A DNA stretch of 64,000 bases, from contig CM097888.1 in assembly GCA_044892525.1 (NCBI GenBank), forward strand, positions 74,586,001-74,650,000, read 5' to 3'. Position 1 is the stretch's first letter; each line of letters begins with the position of its first letter. The DNA comes from Schmidtea polychroa (taxonomy: Eukaryota). The position numbers were made by a program, and so were the translations under genes. Below are positions 42,201 through 57,200 of the stretch, piece by piece. The notes under the pieces are model-generated. The model ran no database searches and was not told where the DNA came from. It saw only the letters and a list, made by a program, of their open reading frames with translations.

Positions 42201-45200
42201 NNNNNNNNNNNNNNNNNNNNNNNNNNNNNNNNNNNNNNNNNNNNNNNNTAATGAGCATGTGTAGGGTACATAACACAGAAAAATAATAATAGTTAGCATG
42301 TGAAAAAAATAAATTAAATAATTTCATTATTAAACAACAAGTATAAATAAGTGCCCTAAAATCAGTCAACTTGGCCAAAAATAAATCCAAAAAAGAAGCG
42401 ACCTTTTAAGGATAATCTGAAAGAGGTCTAAATCTAAAGGGAACAAACCAAAACATTCCACAATATATTTTTGCACGGATAGCACAGCATTGCATACATA
42501 ACAGATACAAATTGCATAACAAACAATAATAATAGTTTTGATAAATCATTGTTGAATTCAGAAAGCCAAGTCTAAATTTATGAACATTTATTGATCGATT
42601 GTCATTTTCGGTAGTTTTTGCTATTTAATAATATTTAAAGGCAGACTTATTTTTGTTTTATCTATATAGGAATCACCAGTGAAATTTGAGCCATCAATTA
42701 AAAAATTGAGACCTCAACATTAATTACGACGGAATTCTCATATTGGATAGTGTAGTCTTTCTTTAATAAAGATGTTTTATAACTTTTCATTATACAAAAT
42801 ATAGATAAATAATTAAAAAGAAACCTTTTACTGCTAAAATAGAAAACTTCATTCAGACAAACAAATTAATAATATGTAAAGGTAATAAAAATGAAGAAGA
42901 AATTAATTAAAAAAAATTTTTTAAATCCCTCACCAAAATTTATTAGTTTTAGACTTTTACAGAATGAAAGGATTTCAAGATTTTAATTGGAAATTCTAAG
43001 TTCTGCCTTTCAAATAAAAATTTTCGAAACAAACTAGTTCCATTATCCTAAATTAGACGAAAATAATCAGATTAAAAACAAATTAAAACGATTAAATAAT
43101 AAATTCATCTAGTGATTGTGACAAAACTGGACTTGTCTCAAAACCAAATACTGTTTGAAGAAACTCAAATATTAAAATATCTATAACTACTATTTTTATA
43201 ATTACAGAATTTTAGAACATATAATGAAAAACATTAATAAATGGAAATTTATTTCACAAAATTTTAAAAATTGAGTTAATATTTTTTCATGAATAATGTG
43301 CGACATTATTGTTCAGAAAATAAATTTTAAATATGACTTAATACTAATATATTTCATAATGTTGTTTTTTATATGAATATTTGGAAAATAAAATTTTTAT
43401 ATATTTTTGCAAATCACAATATCTAATATATTAAGATGAGAGTTTTTTTGTTTGTTTGTTACCCATAGAATTCCGCACCGTTGTACCTAGGGTGCTGAAA
43501 TTTTGGATGTGACTCTCATTTGACTCTAAACAGAACATAGGTTGTTTCACCCTCAGGTGACCACCCTAGGTACCCTAACCCTACTCCGGGTACCTTGATT
43601 TATTACAGTAGATATATCCCCAGTAGATACGCATTAACATTTTCCAAATTTTTAAAGTGCTATTATACTTAGTTTTAAATTCCATCTATACATTGTACTA
43701 CTGAAAATTGCATCAGAAGTAGGCTTCACATCGTAAAATCTGGTCCCCAAAAGCAACTTACGAGATTTTTTAATTAAATTATATTGTATTTTTTAAATTA
43801 TTTTTTTAATGAATGAATTGAAATAAATTTCTTTATTTTGAATCTGTTTACTATTTTTTAAATCGTGCAACGCCGGGTACCCCAGCTAGTTATTTATAAT
43901 ATTAAAAATAAAAAAAAAATAAAAATTTTAATTTATCGTACAAATTTCTTTTTTTATTTTTGGAAATCACAATATTATTTATAATATTAAAATAAAATAA
44001 AATTTTAATTTATTGCACAAATTTCTCTTTTATATAAAAAGGTCCATACTTTTCTTTGTATATTTTGTTATCATTTTAAGATATGATTATTTTGGAGTAA
44101 TTGATATCTTCAATTGCAAATGTCGTTCTTGCCAATAAATCTTGTTTTTAAATTTTGATCCATCATAAATTGTGTCAGAAATAAGCTTCTCCTTGTCAAA
44201 TTCTATTTATGTTATCATGTAAAAAATTTTTTAAAAAAATGACTTTATTTACAATTAAATTAAATTTGAAACAACAATTTTATTTTAATTGGATTTTCAT
44301 GCATTCATCTTTTTGTTAAATGTTCTTTGTAAATAAATATGTTTGTCAAGAAAGGCTTGTGCTCAAAATCGTCCCACCTTACCATTTAAATTAGAATACT
44401 TGTATTTGCAAACTATTTAATTTGAATTTTTATATTTAAAGTTCGAAAGGTGAGTTTTGAGATATGTTTATTATATAAAATTAATCTTTTGTTATAACGT
44501 GTTACTCAATCTTAGAAAGAGTATATAGATGTAAGAGCTTTTATTTAATAAAAATAATTAAACTACATTTATTTTAAAGTTACTATTAGAAATATATTTT
44601 CAATTTATTTTACCATTGAAATTTGACTCGAGAGGTATTCTGTAAAATTTGAGGCATTTATCAAATAATCCGATTTTTGTTTATCATTTTTCGATTTATG
44701 AATATCAGGCATTCTAGGAGAATAATAGATCTCAGGAATTTGACCTTCCTTCACATGAGTGCCATTTGAGGAATTTTTTGATTGCTTAAACTTAAACGTT
44801 ACCCTGTAATAAAGAAAGCAAAAATAAAATACATTATATCCAACAAAATTTGCATACTTTGTTGTTCAAAAATTAATAATATTTCCCAAAAAATCATCCA
44901 TTGTGAACAATTTGTGATGTTGTTTTATTATTGTATTCATATATTACAATAAACTGTAAAGCAAACATGTCGTCAAAATGATAATGAAATTTTTAATGCA
45001 AAAATTGATCTTGCAAGAACAATAAAAGGAAAGAAGAATAGTGTAACTTCTATAAACAGGCACGAATTTTCCCATGTGCTCATGGAAATATTTTAAAAAA
45101 CATATCTAATGGGTATCAAAAATTAAATATGCCAATAATTATTAGAAATAGCAAAGAAAGCTGGAAATTTGAAATCAAAAACGCCAAATAAACATACGAA

Positions 45201-48200
45201 ATATGTTTATACAAGACAATATTTAAACTAAAATTTTTATTAATACTATTAATATTATTTTAACGCAAATAAACAAATGATTAACTGAATAAAAAGAATT
45301 AATTATTGTTAAAATTTAGAACATATTGAATAAATAGACATTTTTTGTTCACAAAATATGACTTATTATTGTTAGTTTATAAGGCTGGTAACTATTTTTA
45401 TATTAGATAATTTAAAATACTAATAAAAGAAAATTTAACCAAATAATAACTTACCAAAAATCAGTTGCCCCGCTTGGATAAACAAAAATTCATATGCTAA
45501 AATGACCCGCTTATAAAAGTTATACTGTACTGTAATTTTCCTGATTTTATAGAAGAAATAACATAAAATAATAAGATAGTAACATTGCTAGATTTCAATA
45601 GGATAAAAACTGTAATCTGGCTCAGTGCTTTCAACAAATAACAAATGTATTTTCATGACAAATGCACAAGTTCTGAAAATGTTGACTAGTAATTTAAACA
45701 GAACTTCAATTGATAGAATTTCTGATTACTTTTACTAAGGGGAAACTTTCCTTTATAACAGATGATATTTTAACACAATTCATATGAAAAAATAAGAAGA
45801 TGAGAAAAATTAATACATTTTCTGCAGCAAATCTCTTATCATTTACTCGTTTAACATTTAATTTATGTTATTACCAAGAATCCATCATTTTAAATATGTT
45901 AGTATTTGTAATAATATCAGTATTTATGTTCTTAAAAACCTTAACTAATAATGAACAAAACAACTCAAAACTTGCCAATACATAAGACAGTAAAATGAAA
46001 ATGATGATTGCGAAGGTAAATAAAAGGAAAGGTATAATATAAAGTCAACTATATCACAAGTACAACTGCTACAGGTATAAATTTTATATTTCTTAATAGC
46101 ATCATATCTAATGTTTTATTGTCAAATATTGGGTATATTTTCCCATGCTTTCGACCCTTAATCAAATTACTAAAATGCAGCTCCAACAAAAATTAAATAA
46201 AAACTTTATCTCGAAATGTTCGTAATCAAATTACAGAGTGCTATAAATTTGGAAAAATAAAAATGAATATTTATTTTCTAAATTTTGTTTCATAATGATT
46301 TTGTTTATTGTCATTTATTTATTTTTAAATGATAATATAAATTTCAAAATACAAAATCATTAAACAATAAAACAATTATACAAAACCAGTAAACACGAAA
46401 TGTAAGAAAAATATTACAAAATTACACACATACTTTTTATTTCTTAAAAAATTGCAACACCAAATGACATAAAAAGATTAGTTTTATTGTATAAATAAAG
46501 TGAGGAATACTAATTTTAGCAATTGGTACCAACCAAAATATAAATGGGAATAATTACTGTCAAAATATGAACACGCCAAAACGTTCACTTTTCGCGGTTT
46601 TTTAAATTTTAAATTTCAAAACCGTGTATAAAAAGTACCGCGGAAATTGAGGGGTAGGTGTGTATTTTTAAAATAATTGCAACAAAATTTGACATACAGG
46701 CAACCAACGTTCCCTCTAAGCTGCGCGCGTGCGTGCGCTCGCAGCACCTCCAACTCCCCAGCGCAGTATACACCAAACCCCACTGAGATACGTTCTCTAT
46801 AGTGGTGGTCTGCGTGTAGAGTGATTGCTCACTCACCAATTTACTAATGAATTTTATACTGAATTATGTACTGATGTTGATTAAATTGTTGTTGAGCAAA
46901 GTTGTCATAATTTGTTTTACATCATGAAATTTATTTTAGCCATTTTAGAAATGGTTTTCAGGTAAGATATTAAATTTAAAGTAAATTTTAAGACTTGAAT
47001 TTTGATCCATATGGATATGAGATCATTATTCAAGTTCTTAAACATTACTTTTAATCAACAATATAATTATAAATTATTTTTAATTAATTTTCAGGCTTTT
47101 TTTTAGGAATTTTATGTCATTTATGTCATTTATTATGGAATTATTTCGAAAAAACGTGAGTCCGATATGTTTTTAATTATAATTAATTAAATAAATAAAT
47201 AAATCCCCAAAAATTTGTATTTTTTTAAAACATTTTGGGAAAAATCGCCTAGTATGAATAAAGTAATTTTTTAAATTTTTGTAATTTTCTTTTCTGAGTT
47301 CAATATCAAGGGCTTCTTTCAGGAAATCATATCTTGATTGAAACGACATTGATCCAAATCCTTCTGCTCTTGATATTCTTTTCCTAATATTAAATTTAAT
47401 CTTACTAAATATGCTTTCAATTGGATTGACGAATGGGCTGTATGGCGGTAAATGCTCAATAATATTATTTGGCGATAATGCTCCTCCATGAATTGAGGCA
47501 TTATCATGAATGAATCGATATTCCGTTTCATTCAATTTCGATGTTATCTCCCAAATAAAAGTTTGATAGGTATCCTTTTTATAGGATCCTATAATTAATT
47601 TGTGGTGAATTGGCCCTTTGACGCCTATTGCCAGAGCCAAGGACATATTTCGTCCTCTGTTTGCTGGTTCGATTTTGTACAACCTTTCACCTTTTTTGTT
47701 CCTTCCCCGTTTCTGGCTTGTCCAGCTATTAAATCCACATTCATCGATATATATCAATTTTTTATCTCTCCATCCTTCTTCCAGGAATCGAGTTACAAAC
47801 TGTAATCTCATTTCCATTACTCGATCTGAATTACGTTGTTATCAGATGTTTCTTCAAGAAACGAGAAATCGTCATTTTTGATACGTGGCAGTTTATGGAA
47901 ATGAGGTAAATTCTCATTTCTTCAATTGAAGCGTATATGTTTCCTTCGACAAAGTCCAACAATTTGTATCCTTCTTCTTCTGATATTTTTTCTTTGCTGC
48001 CACCTATCTTGCCCTTTGACCAATGGCCAAATTTTTTATATTTGTAAACAATTGATTTTATTGAGCTTTTCGATATCCCCAATAATTTCCCGAAGTGTAA
48101 ATAATCTTCGCCATTTTCCATGGCATTTATTATTCGGACTTTGTCAATTTCCGAAATACTAAGAAAATATTATATAATTTAAAATTATAAATAAAATTTA

Positions 48201-51200
48201 CAATTTATGTTCTTTTTTTGCGGTTACAGGCATCGAAGACGTTCCAGCAACATCTTCAACCCTATCAAATAATAAATTTATTAAAACTCATAAAGAAATT
48301 TTACAACATCATTCCTTCACCTTCACGAAACAGGAGAGTTTCTATAGAAATATCAGAAATTCTAAGGAATGTTTAACTTCATTTTAACTGAAAAAATAAA
48401 TTTTACGATGATATTTCGTCATTTTCATTACATTTTAACGTATTTTCATTAAAAATAAATTTTAAAAAATTTTCTGCCATCTTTTTTTCTCAAAATTGTC
48501 TAAAAATAACTTATTATAGAAACGTATCTCAGCGTTACAATAAAATGAATCAAAAGTTTGTATGTGTTTTTTATTATGTGTTATGCTTGTGTGCATTTTT
48601 TAATTTTCCTTCCACTTTTCAGATTTCTATAATATAAGATGTATCTCATTGAGCTACATCAGCGTGAAATCAAAGTAAGTATGTATGTTTCTATAATGTA
48701 AGATTATTGATTTTTTTGTTATATTATAGGAAATGCTTCTCAGTGGTGTTTGGTGTATTTAATTCAACCGTTTCATGGCAGTTGTTCCTAGTAAAAAGCA
48801 CACGGAAATTGTCGATGTAAATGGAGCACCAGCAGCGAAGACCGGTTATCTACTTAGTTTTCAACATAGTCGCTACAGTTATAGAATACAGTGTCGTTTT
48901 AAAACTCTTACAACCACGTTATAGCATTTTGACGCTCATTTGTATTTAAAGACTGCTCAGTGCATCTGACTTTGCGCGCACTGCTGCTTATGGCTTAGAG
49001 GGAACATTGCACGCAACCATTGTATAAGGAGATTAATTGGTTTCTTGCTATTCAAAATCATGCTATAAGAAATTTGGAATTTTAGAAAAATATAATTTTT
49101 TCACACGTAATATCTCAAATTATTTAACTATTGTGAGCAACAAACAATTTTAAAATCGTAATTCAAGTACTGTGTTATACGAGGATTATTTGTTTTAATC
49201 AACGTGTTAACAGATTATTTTGTATCCCATTAATAATATATTAGCCGTCATTAATTTGTCAGTTTGTTTATATGTGTGTCAGATCAAATCGAAATTGGTC
49301 CTATTTTATATAGTTTATAAGGAAATTTTTGATATGTAAAATTTAACTTTGAGTTACTTGAAAAATTTTAAAAATAAAATTTGCAAAAAATTTGCTTTAT
49401 TTTTATTATCATTTTAACTTTTCACGTCATGCTTGACCGGGGATTATATTAGTAAATTAATATTGTTTGAAAATATTTAATCGTGTGAAAAATGGGCAGA
49501 CATTTATTCAGAAAATAAAATTTCCTAAGCCTGTTGGTAGGACGAGGCTGAAAATCCAAAAAAATATTTTATAGAAAATAAAGAAATTCAGAATACATTT
49601 AAACAATGACATAAAGCGAAAAAAATATCTTTGGAAATTTCATTTTGCATAACATCTGACTTATTAGAAGAAATATCATTTAATTAAAACATTTTAAGAA
49701 TTATACAAAGCGTATTTTACTATCCAAATATTGCTAAGAAGATATTGCAACGAAAAATGAATAAAAAATTCCATGTTGAAATGAATTGTAGTGACTTTCT
49801 GTTAATAAATATATTAATTTAGTAGTTAATTTGCAAATTCACCTGCCGGAAATAGCGGACAAAGGCGTCATTGTAAAAATCGTTGATCCTGTTGTCCTAT
49901 ACTGAGTTTCGTTAGTGAGTGTTGGTAAACTCCTGAACCTCTTCCCATTTAATCACAATGTCCTCAATGACAGCATTTGAGATTAGTTGATTAGATTGCT
50001 CCTTCTCGTTGTCAGGTGAAGCTTCCCTTAGAGTTTCATTATGCTGCTGGACTAAAGGTGCTTGGCATTGAATACTTGTTGCGAGCAGTATCTTTCATCC
50101 TTTAGATATTTACTGCCACTATTTTCAAGAGACTTTTTTAAATCATCATAAATGACTTTGGCCTTATGACAGATGATATAATCATTATATTATAATGGGT
50201 AAAGATATCACTTTTCAATTGCCTGTCTTTAATCAAAATTACCAACAACCTTTCCATTTCCTTCTGTATTAAAGGCCTATGCTTTTCATGGAAAAGCTTT
50301 GACACTCAGTTGGCCACCATGGCCGACTTGATGTCATCCTTGGCCAAAATGGTGCAAATGGTGGTCTTGTTCAGACCAAAGTCCTTGACCTGATCTCACT
50401 GTGTCACCCCACATTCATTCCTAATTATTTCTTGTTATATTTCAACAGAAATCAATCACCTTCCTGCATTTGTTAAAAGCCATAATATAGCTACACCAAA
50501 TATATTTATTAAAACAAACATGTGACTGAGATAATCACAGAAAAGAACGACTGTTGCGCGTTGATGCATGCCATTTTCGAAATTTGTTTCATACAGTAAA
50601 AATTAAGTAATTCTTTTATCTTTTGTAATTTCAAATGGAATAGTTTAAATAAAAAATGAAGTTTATTTTTGTTCTGAACAAAAAACACAAGAATTTCTCT
50701 AATTTCTTAAATTCTAGCCCAAAAAATGTAAAGGCATCAATAGTGGGCGTAGGAACGCATTTCAACTGTATTGTGAGGAATTGATATATTGTGAAATTTA
50801 ACCAACAGTAAATAATTTATTATTAATATTTATCGAATCTGACATAGTTAGAAACTAAAAATTAATTTTTAGCAATAATAGATTTCCTGTTAATTATTTT
50901 GATGAAAAGAGAAAATATTTTACCCGAGATCGGTGTCAATTTTCGATCGACCATGAAAACCAAAATCTGTACTGTCTCCAGTTATAGTAGCAAAAATTAC
51001 ATAAAGTTTGTTGGAGAAAATAATAATTGGAGAAGGAAGCATAAGACGAATGATTTTCCTGAAATAATAAATTTTGAAATAATATTTTTTTAAATTATAA
51101 ATAATTTTTGAATAAATAATTACACATACATGGCAACGATTTAATTATAAGAAAACACCACTCAAACATTTGTTATACGATATATTTCGACACATTTCCT

Positions 51201-54200
51201 GTCATCATCAGGTAGGCTATAATAACTATAAAAATTATAGATTTTTAAAAAGATTTATTGATTATATTAATTATATCAATTTTTTAATAAAAATATTTTA
51301 TTCTTTAAAAATTATAAAAATTATAATTCAAATAATAAATCATTTTTTTAAATTTTAGCAATCAAATATAAAATTTTAAAATATTGAAATTTAATAATTT
51401 AATAATTATTTAATTTAACAACAACAATATACAAAAAACTATTTAAAAACATTTAAAAAACAAGTATTCACTGCATTTTGCACGTTGATTTTCGAACCCA
51501 ATGACTTTACCAATAACACTTCACAAATTACACGTTCCCAAGAATTATTATTGAAATTTTTAAATAAAATTTTAAAATCAGACATATTTATTTATCTCTT
51601 ACAGCCTTTATTGTGTTCACTAATTACATCACCCATTAATCACCCATTACATGTAAATTGATAATCATGATAGAACACTATCCAACAGGAGTTTTCGACT
51701 TATTAATAAACATATTACGTACTTTACACAAATTCGACTCAATCTTAAAATTTAAATTTCCTAACGGCTTGCTTATCTTTCTTTTATAATCTTTAAAACC
51801 TTCTTTAAAATACCAACACAAATTTAGGCTCATATAAATAATTTAATAATTGTAATTTTAAAAAACCTTTTAAAAAATATTTTTAAAATACATTTTTAAT
51901 TTAAAAACATTTATATTTAAAAAAAATTAATAAGTTATTATTATATAAATTTACATCATTGAACCTTTTAGTTTTTTCAGCATTAATCAATTTTCATTTT
52001 TTTAATTTCTTTTGTCTTTCTTTTCGTCAAATTATATAGACTGCAAGAAATAAAGATGAATGAAGTCGAAAAAATAAATCAATATAATTTTCAATGTAAT
52101 TATGATGTTATATTTGAAAAATGTATATAAATTTAAACATTACTTATTTTCCATATTTTGAACTTCAACTTTATCAGTTTCGGTCAAAAGTAAAAGCGAG
52201 GAAAATTGACTATCATAACTGAAAAGGTTTGTGTTCAATAAGTCATCAGTATCAGAATCATGTCCAGTTTCTTCGTAAATTTTTATACTCATTGTATTTT
52301 CACCAGGACCTGTATATAGTCCAATACCGTGGATGTAAATAGTTTCAGAAACTGAAAACTTTATTGAATCGTGAGCATTTGGAGAATATAACCAGTTGCT
52401 ATTTTCTTCTAAATGGATAAAATAAAGAAATTTTTATTTCATATAATAAGTAATTTGAATCAAAAAAAATATATTAATTTATTAAAAACCAGTATGCGGT
52501 AGAGTCAAAAAGAGAAATAAATATCACGCAATTTTGAAAAATATATTTTTTTCAATTTCATCTATTTAACCGATTTAAAGACGCCTATCTTAAAATGAAA
52601 AATATGATGGATTTCTTTCATCCGACAAGACTGTCTATATTATTGAGAGATTCTGTACTTTTTCGTCGTCAAATTTATGGGGGCCAGTCATGATGCGAAG
52701 CGTAAATCACCTGAATAAGTATTTACATTCACACATTCGAACATTATACTACCAAATTCATCAATAGTGATACTAAATCTCGTTTGATTTACTTTGTTTA
52801 AATAAAGCGGTTTTTATTTCCTTTTTCAAAGTATTTTCAACCGTTGTTTCAATTTTGGGAATGTGGTCTATTTCCACTTTACAAATCCACAAATAGCTTC
52901 AGACAACGTAGATGATTGCAATACTTTACTTACTCACAGAACATCAGGAAAGTCTAGTATTAACAAAATAAAACTTTAAAAGTACTAGTTATTTAAAAAC
53001 TCGTGTTTTAGGATTCTAAAATGCAAGAAATTGATTAATAATAATTATAATAAATAATTAGATTTCAGAGGTATGGGAGATGTCATTTTAGAGTCACCTA
53101 TACATTAAATAGAAAAGTATCCTTAATTTCTATTTGTCTTCCTATTGTCTTGGTATTTCGGATACAACAAAATGGTATTTTTATTAAATATTTACTNNNN
53201 NNNNNNNNNNNNNNNNNNNNNNNNNNNNNNNNNNNNNNNNNNNNNNNNNNNNNNNNNNNNNNNNNNNNNNNNNNNNNNNNNNNNNNNNNNNNNNNNNNNN
53301 NNNNNNNNNNNNNNNNNNNNNNNNNNNNNNNNNNNNNNNNNNNNNNNNNNNNNNNNNNNNNNNNTGTGAATCTTTTGATAGTAAATATTTCTTTATTTGA
53401 TTCTACAGTTTTAATTTCAATATTGTTCTGAGGATCTGTATATTTTTTCAGCAAAAGTTTTTCAGCACTGACTATAAAAATCATATAAGGTCAAACATCA
53501 AAAGGTTAGAATTACCCAAAACGTTTAAAGCGATTCTGTACCGCTGACTGGAGAAATTTATATCATCTGGTAAATCAATCAGTTGATCAAATTTATCATG
53601 AAAATTATCATTTTGGAAAATGTTGCTTTTTGAGTATTTAACTGTGAATTTCTTTGATCCATGTCCACTGTCAATACTCCACAATACCGAATACCTTGGA
53701 TCAAAATATGAGTTCATTAATGAACTAAAATTTCCTTCTTCATAGTCTGGCATTATTTTAATAGCTCCGGAAGATATATTAATTAGCAATCCTCTTTGTT
53801 CATCCGACGTCAATAAAATGTTGTTGTCTTTTGCTAGAAATTTAAACTGATCTTGATGGCAGGATTTTCGCTTTGTTGACAACGTTAACGGTTTCCTTTT
53901 CATATAGAAAATGTTTTGCTTGAGAATACAAAATATGATTTGTTTTTTATAAATATTTGTGCTTAAATTGAAAAAGATCGGCTGAAGGTTATCAGTTAAG
54001 TCATTTGGATTTGAGATTAAGTCCACAATTTGCGGGCTTATTATTTTATTGCCGAATATGAACACCTTTCCATTTTGACTTAAAATTCCAGTACTAAAAG
54101 AACCCGTAGTAATTCTAACAGATTTACATTGAATTGGGACGACCTTTGGCAGTTCTCTGATAAATTGTTAATTATTAATAAGTAATAAATAATAAAATAT

Positions 54201-57200
54201 TTGATTTGCTTTAAATAGAATGTTAAATAAATTTGCAAAAACTATAAAATTTAAAAATAATATTGTTATTAACCTTTTAAACGTCGCAAATTATTTCTAC
54301 GGCTGTGTACTGCAGACTAAGAAATTTAAAATTTTAGAAACTAATTTTTTAATAAATAAATTTCATTTTTAAACACTGTTTATTAAATTTAATAATTTTT
54401 ACATTCTTAGATGTAATTTTACATTCACATCATTTTGCACATTTGTTTTCCATGTATCACTTCAAATACATCAATACAAACACATTATTTTATGCATACA
54501 CAGTACAGCCTAATTCCTCATTGCAGTACCGGCCTTAGATAATTTAGTGCTACATAAAAAGTGCTATATATTTTTTGTCTTATATAAAAAGTGATATTAG
54601 TAGGACGAAGAATAACAAATAATTTTAAATTTTAATTTTTCATAATTTTGCCGCCCATTAAAATAGGCAGCCGCCTATGTCGCTTATACAAAAGCCGGCA
54701 CTGCCTCATTGTGTTCGCTAATATTAATCAATCTCTTAAGTTGACCGTGATCAAGAACGTTATACGGATATGGCGAGTAGTAATTTCTAAGTAAGGTATT
54801 GCAGCCAAAATTTGTATATTGATAACCAAGATCCAAGTACGATTAAAAGAGGATTTAAAATTCATTATTTAATTCACTTTGGGATTATTTCGTCACAATA
54901 TTTTAAGAAATTAAAATTTTATAATATTTTGGTTTTTGAAACACGTCATGAATAATAAATATATATTCAATATATAATTAAGATATTTTTATAAAAATAG
55001 TTTTTGAAAGAGCCTGCACTGAAAGTTTGTGTTAAATAAATAAATCTATAGTCTAGAAGTAAATGATGATAAAAAAACTGAAAATAAAAAGAAATCCATA
55101 GAGAAAGGAATAAAGAATTGTACTTATTATATAACTAAATAATGAAAAATAATATTTCTAAAATTGTGAAATCGTTTTCTTACTTGATTGATAAATATCC
55201 GCGACCCAACTGATTGAATTTATTATTACCAAATGAATAAACGTCGCCATTTACTGTCAAAATAACAGTGTGATAATGTCCACATGATATTTGCTGAATT
55301 CGTAGGAAATTAGAACGGTTTCTAATTCCGGAAGAGGCATTTGTATCAGAATATATGAGTAACTTTTGAGGCTTTATTGTCGGAACTTGATGTTTTGATC
55401 TAAAATTGAAAATAATATTTATATACATCACATAATAATGATTGTTAAAGTTTCTTCATTGGACAGTGATTTACAGATAAAATAATCTCTTCATTTACGC
55501 AATAAAATTAGTTTTTTTCTTTTGTGGGTCGAAACGTTTTAACTAAAACAATTGCTTTTAATATACATATTTATAAGAAGTTACTGATAAAAAAATGTAA
55601 ACTTTTTGATACAACTATCATTTATTTTCATAATAAAAAAGTAATTAATGCATATAATGTTATTGTTACTTATCCAGACTTACTTTCGATAAAATAATTT
55701 TTTGTCGTTATGCCACTATATTTAAATTATATTATTTTAAGTAACATTGTAATTATAAATTATTATGATGTTCACAAAATTATTATAGAAACGACCTTAA
55801 CCTACACAGATTGCATTGATAATTTTATGATCATTGGTCTTGATTTTTATTTAANNNNNNNNNNNNNNNNNNNNNNNNNNNNNNNNNNNNNNNNNNNNNN
55901 NNNNNNNNNNNNNNNNNNNNNNNNNNNNNNNNNNNNNNNNNNNNNNNNNNNNNNNNNNNNNNNNNNNNNNNNNNNNNNNNNNNNNNNNNNNNNNNNNNNN
56001 NNNNNNNNNNNNNNNNNNNNNNNNNNNNNNNNNNNNNNNNNNNNNNNNNNNNNNNNNNNNNNNNNNNNNNNNNNNNNNNNNNNNNNNNNNNNAGCCTTTT
56101 GCTGCAAATAATGTATTTAATGAAAAAATTTTCGACTATAAGATATTGTTATTATTATTAATATTATTTTTTTTATTATTATTGATTGATTAAGTGATTA
56201 ATTAATTCATTGATTGACATGATTTCCAGACATCTGCTGGTTTGACGTATGTACTTTTTATGGTAAAAATATCTCAAAGGAAAAATATATACAAATTATT
56301 CAGCATCATTTCACGAGCTAGATGATAAAATTTAAGTAAAAATGCCCGGAATTCTTGTCAGTTAGCTATAAAATCAGTATTTGTATTTTTCCTTGACAAA
56401 TTTACAAATATAAGAAACTATGAAATAATGAAACAACATTTATGGTTTGTTACCTTGTTTGAGAACAACTGTCGATATTGTTATTATCAATTTCTTGCAT
56501 AATTTCGTTATATTTCCCATCATTATCCCCACTGACACATCCACATTGATAATAGTTATTAACACCGAATGTTATTAAATATCCATTTCTTGATAAGCAG
56601 GCTCCATGGGATTTTCCGAGAGATATCTAAAATATTAAATTAAATAAGTTCAATTCTCTCAAGCATGACGTAAAAGAATTCCCAGTGTTGATTTTAAACT
56701 CTTGCTTTATCATCATTATTAATAAACACTATACAGCTTTTTAAATATTTTTTTTTAATATTTCTTTTAAAAATACAAGCCTTCAAAGCATCCTTGTTAA
56801 CAAAAAAGGTAACCCCTTGAACAATGTTATTATAGTTCTTGAAATTTAACTATGATGTTTACTATCGTCTGTATATTAATTAATACTAATGTGTAAAGGA
56901 AAGGTTTGTTAGAACCTAACAGAGTCTCCTGTAAAAATCTGTGTCGGGACTGTTAGGGTGTGTGTATGTAATGCTTATTACAATACCAATAAGAATAAAA
57001 TCAAAATATAAATATCAAAACGACTAACGAACTATAAACATAAAATTGTAATTTTATTAATGAACATAAGGTACTTTAAATATACCAAGGAGATTGACTT
57101 CGAATGCCAATTAGTATAATTCTAATTTTCTTTTATATGGCAATCTCTTTGTACGGTTATCTTTCCAATTTTCTGTTCGGATAATAATTTACTCTGGTAC

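Noticed and set aside
3806-56111. ORF-track entries full of X (for example 3806-4009, 23986-24351, 34995-35889, 41895-42390, 55710-56111)
   Set aside because: These are artefacts of reading through N-gaps. Only the one at 53098-53484 overlaps a probable real MYCBP2 exon.
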